Shown: positions 57,063 through 64,000 of the stretch, piece after piece
Numbering within the stretch: the stretch's first letter is position 1
Layout of the letters: every line of letters begins with the position of its first letter
Origin: Flavobacteriales bacterium
Lineage (GTDB): Bacteria > Bacteroidota > Bacteroidia > Flavobacteriales > UBA7312
Assembly: GCA_965661345.1 (NCBI GenBank)
Contig: CBFIDK010000004.1
Coordinates: 7,503 to 71,502, forward strand
Length of the DNA stretch: 64,000 bases
Direction of reading: 5' to 3'
Position numbers and translations under genes: made by a program
Notes under the pieces: generated by a model
The model's input: the letters and a program-made list of their open reading frames with translations, nothing else
What the model was told of the DNA's origin: nothing
The model's database searches: none

Positions 57063-57511
57063 GAGCAGTTATTCAACGTGTATCTTCAGCCAGTGTAAGC
57101 ATTAGCGGTAATCGCTGTGGAGAAATTGGAAATGGGCTTGTGCTATTCCTCGGAATAGAATCTGAAGATTCACATGAAGATGTAAAGTGGCTGAGCAAAA
57201 AGATTAGTCAATTGCGAATCTTTTCGGATGAAAATGGACTAATGAACAAGTCTATCACGCAAGTTGGAGGCAAGGTATTGCTGATTAGTCAATTTACGCT
57301 GTTCGCCAAAACTCAAAAAGGAAATAGACCTTCATTTATTAAAGCCGCTAAGCCAGAAGTGGCCATACCCTTGTATCAAGATTTTATCCGTCAAATTGCG
57401 TATGATACAAATACTAAAATTCAAACAGGCGAATTCGGTGCCGACATGCAAATACAGTTGTGTAATGATGGCCCAGTAACAATACTAATTGACACAAAAA
57501 ATAAAGAATAA
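57059..57511 (+). CDS. dtd: D-aminoacyl-tRNA deacylase
   Basis: 150 aa. MRAVIQRV...SQFTLFA...NDGPVT signature. Confidence 0.9.
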   Translation: MRAVIQRVSSASVSISGNRCGEIGNGLVLFLGIESEDSHEDVKWLSKKISQLRIFSDENGLMNKSITQVGGKVLLISQFTLFAKTQKGNRPSFIKAAKPEVAIPLYQDFIRQIAYDTNTKIQTGEFGADMQIQLCNDGPVTILIDTKNKE

Positions 57512-57834
57512 TGCCGATTACAGAATTACAAAAAACAGTTGACAATTGGATTAAGCAATACGGAGTACGCTATTTTAACGAATTAACCAACATGGCTATT
57601 CTAAGTGAGGAAGTGGGAGAGGTTGCCAGAATTATTGCTCGACAATATGGAGAGCAATCCTCAAAGCCATCTGATAACGGTAAGTTAGGTGAAGAGCTTG
57701 CGGATGTTCTTTTTGTGATACTTTGTTTAGCCAACCAAACCGATACAGATTTACAAAAAGAATTTGAAAAAAAGCTGGAAGTAAAATCAAAACGAGATTA
57801 CGATAGACACGCTCAAAACAGTAAACTAAAATAA
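57511..57834 (+). CDS. MazG-like nucleotide pyrophosphohydrolase
   Basis: 107 aa. ...LSEEVGEVARII...LGEELADVLFVILCLAN... EExxE/D motifs. Confidence 0.8.
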   Translation: MPITELQKTVDNWIKQYGVRYFNELTNMAILSEEVGEVARIIARQYGEQSSKPSDNGKLGEELADVLFVILCLANQTDTDLQKEFEKKLEVKSKRDYDRHAQNSKLK

Positions 57835-57977
57835 ATTCGTTATATTTGGAATGTAATACTTGAAGAAAAGCATAGAAACTTATAAATTCTAACGGTTTTT
57901 ATCATAGCCTTTTATCTAGTTTCAGTGCTTTCTTATTTTTTGCAATATGTGAAGTTTAACTGTACAAACCTTAATCT

Positions 57978-58349
57978 ATGAAAAACGCTATCTCATTTAA
58001 TTATTCTCTTCGTTTTCGGACTCTTTTTCTCTTAATTACATTGATTTTTTTAGTATTGTTTCTTTTATCAGTAGAATGCTTAATTTTTCTGTTGATATTT
58101 TTGAATATGTTATACATCTATGTAATGTATATACATCCCCCAGCTATATCCATTAGTGATGGTCAAATACATCAACATTCATTTAACTCTACTTCTATGT
58201 TCATTAATAAACTTGAAGAAGTTTCTGTTGATGAAAAAACAATTACTTTCAAAACCTTTGAGAAAAAAATGGTTGTATATAATTTCTTATTCGAAAAAAA
58301 GGCTAGACAAAACTTAGTGAAATTCTTCCGCTTAAAAAAATTGAAATAA
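57978..58349 (+). CDS. Hypothetical membrane protein (2 TM + small soluble domain)
   Basis: 123-aa ORF. Architecture repeated in the next gene. Confidence 0.45.
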   Translation: MKNAISFNYSLRFRTLFLLITLIFLVLFLLSVECLIFLLIFLNMLYIYVMYIHPPAISISDGQIHQHSFNSTSMFINKLEEVSVDEKTITFKTFEKKMVVYNFLFEKKARQNLVKFFRLKKLK

Positions 58350-58350
58350 A

Positions 58351-58759
58351 ATGAATGAAATCGTAATTTATTATTCAAAAGTGTACCGTTTTTGGTGGTC
58401 AATTATTTTGACTTCAATGGCATTGAGTTATATTCTATTTTTCTTTTTTGTTGATATTGAAGTGTATTTTTTTATTTCATATTATTTCAGGCATATACTT
58501 TAGTCTTATAGTATGGTCAACCTACAGGCCATATCTGAAGATTAGAGATGGCAAGATATGGACAACACGCTATCTATTCATTTCACTGAATGAAAAGGAC
58601 TTGAAAGAAGTTATCTTAAACGATGAAAACTATGTTTTCAAATTAAAATCTCACCGTTTTTTTGTGGGAATTAATTTTATAGAAAAATCAGACAACGAAA
58701 AATTGAAAAAGTTTTTAAGAGATAGAAGTATTTTGGTCGAGCCAGAAACTTTATTTTAA
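58351..58759 (+). pseudogene. Paralog of the preceding gene, apparently split by a frameshift at a T7 run (58467-58473)
   Basis: ATG 58351 gives MNEIVIYYSKVYRFWWSIILTSMALSYILFFFFVDIEVYFF..., stopping at 58500. The +1 frame continues ...LFHIISGIYFSLIVWSTYRPYLKIRDGKIW... to 58759. Confidence 0.35.
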
Positions 58760-58764
58760 ATCAA

Positions 58765-59850
58765 CTAATTTTTTAGAGCCTTAGCTTTTTCTTTAGCTTT
58801 CTCGTTTCGTTCTATGGTATGTGTTGGTCTGCTCCATTTTACATTTCCTTTTGTAGAAAGGCACTTTTTGTAGTTGTCATTACTTACTGGCTGATCGCCA
58901 TCAACAAATGGTGCTTTTGGAGTAATTCCTAGAATATCAAACAGTTTCATGTCTTGATTAATATCTGGGTTAGGAGTAGTCAGTAATTTGTCTCCAGCAA
59001 AAATAGAAGAAGCTCCTGACAAGAAACAGAGCGCTTGTCCTTCATCTGACATTTCAGTTCTTCCTGCTGATAACCGCACCACAGATTCAGGCATTACAAT
59101 TCGTGTAGTTGCTACCATGCGTACCATTTCCCAAATCGAAACGGTTTCCTGATCTTCTAATGGTGTGCCTTCAACAGCAACTAAGGCATTAATTGGTACC
59201 GATTTAGGTTGAGGGTTCATATTTGCAAGGGTTACGAGCATTCCGCATCTATCCGCTGCTGATTCACCCATTCCGATTATACCGCCAGAACAAACGCTAA
59301 TACCAGCTTTGGAAGCGTTTTCTATGGTTTTTATTCTATCGTCATACTCTCTTGTAGAAATAATTTCTTTATAATGTTCTGCAGAGGTGTCAAGGTTATG
59401 GTTATAGGCATACAACCCGGCATCGGCTAGTCGATTGGCTTGTTCTTCCGTCATCATTCCTAAGGTACAACACACTTCCATATCAAGCCCATTGACTGTT
59501 TTCACCATTTCGAGAACTTGGTCGAACTCTTCGTTATTTTGAATATTTCGCCATGCTGCACCCATGCATAAACGCGATGAGCCATTGGCTTTGGCACGTA
59601 GTGCTTGTGCTTTGACTTGTGAAACACTCATTAAGTCGTTAGTTTCTATATCTGTATGGTACCTAGCCGCTTGCGGGCAATAGCCGCAATCTTCTGAGCA
59701 TCCACCAGTTTTTATGGACAAAAGAGTACTAATTTGTACCTCTAGTGGGTTGTGGTGTTTTCGGTGAGTTTGAGCCGCTTCAAAAATTAATTCCATTAGC
59801 GGTTTATTATAGATGTCTAAAATTTTATCGATTGTCCAGCTATTATTCAT
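58765..59850 (-). CDS. bioB: Biotin synthase (radical SAM)
   Basis: 361 aa. GGCSEDCGYCPQ CxxxCxxC motif. Confidence 0.9.
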   Translation of the reverse strand: MNNSWTIDKILDIYNKPLMELIFEAAQTHRKHHNPLEVQISTLLSIKTGGCSEDCGYCPQAARYHTDIETNDLMSVSQVKAQALRAKANGSSRLCMGAAWRNIQNNEEFDQVLEMVKTVNGLDMEVCCTLGMMTEEQANRLADAGLYAYNHNLDTSAEHYKEIISTREYDDRIKTIENASKAGISVCSGGIIGMGESAADRCGMLVTLANMNPQPKSVPINALVAVEGTPLEDQETVSIWEMVRMVATTRIVMPESVVRLSAGRTEMSDEGQALCFLSGASSIFAGDKLLTTPNPDINQDMKLFDILGITPKAPFVDGDQPVSNDNYKKCLSTKGNVKWSRPTHTIERNEKAKEKAKALKN

Positions 59851-59879
59851 AATCTTAATTTATGTAACAAATATAGTTT

Positions 59880-61046
59880 TTAATCTGTTTTTTGAACTAT
59901 GATACTTACTGCATTTCCACCAAATCCGACAGCATTAATTAGTATGCTTTTAGGAGCACTTTGTTTTTGAGTAATTTCGGTGTCGTATGGAAACTGTATC
60001 AAATGTTTTCTGTTAAGCATTTCAACAGCTAAGTCTAAACTTATACCTCCAGATGCGCCAAAAGTATGACCGCTTTGGTGTTTTGTGCTTATTAAATGGG
60101 GTGTCTGTTCGCCAAAAACAGAAGTAATAGCCGTATGTTCGGATTGATCACCTAAGATAGTCCCTGGTGCGTGCATTACTATTGCATCCACGGTTTTTAG
60201 CTTACTGTCATCAAGTGCCATTTGCATACTCTTTTTTAAACAACTGGCATCTGCGGACAATGAGGCGGGGTGTTCAATTTTTTCGGTGGCGTATCCTAAT
60301 CCAATTATCTTGGCTAAGTGTTCTTGTCCTTGGTCGGATTCTAGGCAAAAAACGGCAGCACCTTCTCCAAGAACCATATTATTTTTTGTATTCCCTTTTT
60401 TCATAGGACTGCAATACCAGCCTGATGTGTTTTTACTGTACACCCCTAATGATCGCATTTGGGAAATGGTAAAGTCAGTGAGTGGTGCTTCTGTACCTCC
60501 GGCAATAAATTTATCGGTCATGCCACTTTTTATCCAAACGCAAGCGTTCAAAATTGAATGAAGGGCTGTGCTGCACGTTATAGAGTGGGTAAGCGTTGCG
60601 CCTTCTGTTCCAAAATCGAAAGCCATCCAAGAGGCAATGTTTCCTAGGGTTGTAGTTGGCGAGGTTAAGGGTGAAATTCTCTGATTAGGGGAGTTAATAA
60701 AATGGGCGTGGTATTTTTCGAAAAGTTGTGTAGCTCCTCTTGAAGATCCCATATTTATTCCAACCGTTGAAAGGTTTGTCCAATTAGCCTTAGATAAAGT
60801 GTTTCTTCCGGCAATAATACCCATCAGTACACTTTTATCTAACCGTCTATACAGTGGGTTTTCTTTTCTCAAATCATCAATGAGTGCTAGAGTTTCCGCT
60901 TGCAGCCTGCCAGTTGGGGTATCCATATCGTTGAAGCAACAAATGGACAAATTCGTTTTTTGACTAAGGTAGTTTGCCCATATTTCATCGCTATTATGCC
61001 CAAGTGCGGATAAGCTAGATTTTGATGTAATGAGTATTGATTGCAT
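59880..61046 (-). CDS. Beta-ketoacyl synthase, KAS I/II-like (Cys-His-His), embedded in the biotin operon
   Basis: 388 aa. HSITCSTALHS (active-site Cys), VMHAPGT (His), SGHTFGASG (His). Confidence 0.8.
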   Translation of the reverse strand: MQSILITSKSSLSALGHNSDEIWANYLSQKTNLSICCFNDMDTPTGRLQAETLALIDDLRKENPLYRRLDKSVLMGIIAGRNTLSKANWTNLSTVGINMGSSRGATQLFEKYHAHFINSPNQRISPLTSPTTTLGNIASWMAFDFGTEGATLTHSITCSTALHSILNACVWIKSGMTDKFIAGGTEAPLTDFTISQMRSLGVYSKNTSGWYCSPMKKGNTKNNMVLGEGAAVFCLESDQGQEHLAKIIGLGYATEKIEHPASLSADASCLKKSMQMALDDSKLKTVDAIVMHAPGTILGDQSEHTAITSVFGEQTPHLISTKHQSGHTFGASGGISLDLAVEMLNRKHLIQFPYDTEITQKQSAPKSILINAVGFGGNAVSIIVQKTD

Positions 61047-61061
61047 GGGGCAAAGATACGA

Positions 61062-62327
61062 CTATTCAATTTTTTCTAGAGCTGAAAGTATGCTTTTATA
61101 TACCGTTTTTAGTTCACTTTCTTTTATGCAATAGGGTGGTATAATATATATCACATTTCCCAATGGTCGAAGTATGACTCCTTGCTCAATAAAATGGGTA
61201 TAAAGCATGTCTTTTATTTGACTCGAATAACCAGTTTCGGACGTCTGAATATCCATTGCTAAGATGGTGCCTTCTTGTCTGACGTTTTTAAGTTTAGGAT
61301 GATTTTGTATACTTGAAGCAAAGTCTCTGTGTTGCTCAGCGATTTGCTTAATATTCTGTTGACACTCTTCTTTTTCGAGCAGTTCTAGGCTGGCAATAGC
61401 GGCGGTACAGCCAATTGGATTTGCCGTAAAAGAATGGCCGTGTAAAAACGCTTGACTAAGCGTATTGCCTAAAAATGAGTCGTAAATTTCGTTTGAGCAT
61501 GTCGTAATGGATAATGGCAATGTGCCTCCCGTTAAACTTTTGGATAAACACATAAAATCGACTTGCTCTGTCAATTGGTTACAGGCGAAAAATGTACCAG
61601 TTCTTCCGAAACCAGTCATGACTTCATCGGCAATACAAAGGACATCGTTTTCTTTGCAAAGCCTAATCATTTTATCTAGCGTTGAGGCAGAATACATTCT
61701 CATTCCAGAAGCGCCCTGAACAATGGGTTCAAAAATAAAACAAGCTATTTCTCCCTTTTCCAATTCGTTTTTTAAAGCCGATATGGCTTCTTTTTCATTT
61801 CCAGGAAAGGGCAAGTGGTTTACCGAAAATAAATACTCTTCAAATGGTTCAGAGAATATACTTTTTGCTCCTGCTGACATTGCGCCAAAGGTTTCGCCGT
61901 GGTAACCGCCTTCAAGAGCGAGAATACGGTGCTTTTTTTGGCCTTTATTTCTCCAATATTGAATACTCATTTTTAGCGCTATCTCAACGGCTGATGAGCC
62001 GTCCCCTGAAAAGAAAAATTTATGTTGATTTTTAGGCAAATGAGCGCTTAATTTTTCACACAGTTCAGTGGCGGGCTTGTGTGTAAAGCCAGCGAATAAA
62101 ACGTGCTCGAGTTCTAAAAGCTGTTGGCTAATTTTTTGGGCTATATAGGGGTGAGCATGGCCATGAATATTTACCCACCACGATGAAATAGCGTCAATAT
62201 ATTCTTTTCCGCTTTCATCGACTAACAAAGTGCCTTTTCCCTTAACAATTGGAATGGGTGTTGGAGCAGTCTTCATTTGAGTAAATGGATGCCAAATGTA
62301 TTTTTTATCGCTTTTGGATATTGTCAT
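61062..62327 (-). CDS. bioA: Adenosylmethionine-8-amino-7-oxononanoate aminotransferase
   Basis: 421 aa. Class-III aminotransferase; ...ADEVMTGFGRTG..., ...LSKSLTGG... (PLP lysine). Confidence 0.9.
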   Translation of the reverse strand: MTISKSDKKYIWHPFTQMKTAPTPIPIVKGKGTLLVDESGKEYIDAISSWWVNIHGHAHPYIAQKISQQLLELEHVLFAGFTHKPATELCEKLSAHLPKNQHKFFFSGDGSSAVEIALKMSIQYWRNKGQKKHRILALEGGYHGETFGAMSAGAKSIFSEPFEEYLFSVNHLPFPGNEKEAISALKNELEKGEIACFIFEPIVQGASGMRMYSASTLDKMIRLCKENDVLCIADEVMTGFGRTGTFFACNQLTEQVDFMCLSKSLTGGTLPLSITTCSNEIYDSFLGNTLSQAFLHGHSFTANPIGCTAAIASLELLEKEECQQNIKQIAEQHRDFASSIQNHPKLKNVRQEGTILAMDIQTSETGYSSQIKDMLYTHFIEQGVILRPLGNVIYIIPPYCIKESELKTVYKSILSALEKIE

Positions 62328-62938
62328 TAGAATGCCCCTTTTAATTGTTCAGCAACTTCTTTTATTGCGGCTTTGTTCACCGTTTTCATCTGTGGAATTC
62401 TGCCTAAACTGACTAAACCACTTTTTGATAGTATGATGTGTTCAGTATCTTTATTTTCTTCTCCATTAAACAAAATTCCTTTAATGGGAATCTTTCTATT
62501 TTTTAGTGCTTCTATACTCAACAAGGTATGGTTAATACTTCCCAGATAATGTTGGCTTATCAAAATGACTTTGATATTTAATTCTTTTATTAGGTCTATG
62601 ATGCAATCTTTATCGTTTAGAGGTACGAGAAGACCGCCAGCGCCTTCCACGACCAATGCATTTTTTGTTTTTGGAAGTTGGCACTTAGATAGCTCAATGG
62701 TTATGCTTTCCTTTTGGGCTGCTGCGTGAGGAGACATGGGCAATTTTAAACGGTAACTCTCTGGATGAAATTGGCTTTTTGTATTAGAAATTAAGTCCTT
62801 AACTTTTTGGCTGTCCGAATACTCCAATTCACCTGCTTGAATGGGTTTCCAATAATCTGCTTCAAGTGCTTCAACTACAATTGCAGAACTTACAGTCTTG
62901 CCAATTTCTGTTCCTATTCCTGTGATAAAGTACGTCAT
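62327..62938 (-). CDS. bioD: Dethiobiotin synthetase
   Basis: 203 aa. FITGIGTEIGKT P-loop, VEGAGG motif. Confidence 0.9.
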   Translation of the reverse strand: MTYFITGIGTEIGKTVSSAIVVEALEADYWKPIQAGELEYSDSQKVKDLISNTKSQFHPESYRLKLPMSPHAAAQKESITIELSKCQLPKTKNALVVEGAGGLLVPLNDKDCIIDLIKELNIKVILISQHYLGSINHTLLSIEALKNRKIPIKGILFNGEENKDTEHIILSKSGLVSLGRIPQMKTVNKAAIKEVAEQLKGAF

Positions 62939-64000
62939 ATTGTCAAATTGATAAGGTCACAAAGGGATGATATTTCATCTTTAGTATTAAAAGAATGTAG
63001 ACAAATTCGTATTCTTTCTGAGCCTTCCGCAACGGTAGGGTGAAGGATTGGCCTCACGTCAAAATCATTAGCTTGTAAATGATGTGCAAATTGTTTCGTT
63101 TGTACATTTCCACCTATCACGATACATTGTATTGCCGAATCGCTTGGAAGTAAATGTGGGTGTTTGCACAGTTGTTTAAACAGAGATATATTGTCAAGCA
63201 ATTTCGCTCTTTCCTCAGTTATTTTCACTTCATCATAGGCCCAAATTATCCGTTCTACAGAATGGGCTGAAAGAGCAGTAGTATAAATAAATGGCCTCGA
63301 AAAATTTATCAAGTAATCGATTAAAGTTTTGCTTCCTACAATGGCTGCCCCATGGCTTCCCATGGCCTTTCCGTATGTATATATTTTGGCAAAGCAAGTA
63401 ATATAATGCGCGAGTCCTTGTCCATAATTGCCAAATACACCCACCGCATGGGCTTCATCAATAATAAGTTTTGCATTATAGTTTTGGCACACGTTCATGA
63501 TTTCCTCAAGAGGTGCAAAGTCTCCGTCCATGGAATAAACGCTTTCTACAACGACATAGGTGGTGCCGCTTGCACGTTTTAGCTTTTCTTCGAGCTGTGA
63601 GGTGTCATTATGCTTAAAGGAAAAATTTCGAGCAACGCCTAATTTGATGCCATCTCGAATTGAAGCGTGGCATAACTGATCGTAAATTACGGTATCGTCT
63701 TTTTGAGGGACTGCTGAAAGTAAACCTAAGTTTGCCGAATATCCTGAATTAAACAATAGTGCTGATTCCGTTTGGTGGAAGTTGGCTATTTTCTTTTCGG
63801 CGCTTTCGTGAATGGGGCTGTTGCCACTAATTAAACGGCTTCCTGTTGAGCCAACAGATGCTGAACTGCTCCATTTTTTTGAGGAAAAACCCAAGTAATC
63901 ATTGGAACAGAAATCTATGGTAGATGAAGAAATGCTTAATTCTCGTAAGGCGTTTTTATTCTGTCTATCTGCTAAATTTTCGTGTAGCTTATCTTCTAGC
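62935..64000 (-). CDS. bioF: 8-amino-7-oxononanoate synthase (N-terminus beyond the window edge)
   Basis: The track ORF starts at an internal TTG (63894). Own translation shows the frame stays open upstream: LEDKLHENLADRQNKNALRELSISSSTIDFCSNDYLGFSS... PLP-lysine region TYGKAMGSHG. Confidence 0.9.
   Translation of the reverse strand, partial: LEDKLHENLADRQNKNALRELSISSSTIDFCSNDYLGFSSKKWSSSASVGSTGSRLISGNSPIHESAEKKIANFHQTESALLFNSGYSANLGLLSAVPQKDDTVIYDQLCHASIRDGIKLGVARNFSFKHNDTSQLEEKLKRASGTTYVVVESVYSMDGDFAPLEEIMNVCQNYNAKLIIDEAHAVGVFGNYGQGLAHYITCFAKIYTYGKAMGSHGAAIVGSKTLIDYLINFSRPFIYTTALSAHSVERIIWAYDEVKITEERAKLLDNISLFKQLCKHPHLLPSDSAIQCIVIGGNVQTKQFAHHLQANDFDVRPILHPTVAEGSERIRICLHSFNTKDEISSLCDLINLTI

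Overview
AT-rich chromosomal segment that looks like a Flavobacteriia (Bacteroidota) genome. Support for this: gldJ, porP/sprF, porU and porV type IX secretion/gliding genes, T9SS C-terminal sorting tails, and TAnnTTTG -7 promoter boxes. About 21-64 kb is mostly ordinary core genome: folC, tonB-exbBD, nhaD, mscS, a Glu/Leu/Phe/Val dehydrogenase, anmK, an acyl-CoA dehydrogenase, wza/wzz-like export genes, murF, gldJ-porP, porU-porV, ispF, initiator-like tRNA-Met, an ABC-F ATPase, era, der, metK, rsgA, dtd, and a bioF-bioD-bioA-KAS-bioB operon. The left third (about 4.3-20.6 kb) is accessory and the most interesting part. Five full copies plus one degenerate copy of a ~75-nt unit divide it into ~3.5-4.3 kb islets. 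On the minus strand the unit reads as a T-arm-like stub, then CCACCA, then the rho-independent terminator of tRNA-Val. The array ends at the real tRNA-Val(TAC). Only the tRNA-proximal islet (17039-20500) is intact. It is flanked by perfect 61-bp direct repeats and encodes a large serine recombinase whose ORF reads through the tRNA terminator into the tRNA. The older islets keep only relics of the recombinase 3' end plus cargo: a cysteine dioxygenase / sulfinoalanine-type decarboxylase / Na+ symporter set, a hydrolase/SRPBCC/AraC/MBL set, and a more G+C-rich TetR/SDR set. Other points of interest: a ~206-bp duplication of the anmK 3' end brackets a 3-kb lipoprotein/XRE insertion; a hairpin repeat family shows one compensatory stem change; a redoxin gene is bracketed by ~108-bp direct repeats next to T9SS tail relics; a Cys-His-His ketoacyl synthase sits inside the biotin operon; and a SAM-II-like pseudoknot candidate lies upstream of metK. 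All calls come from reading the sequence and ORF translations. No database search or RNA covariance model was run.
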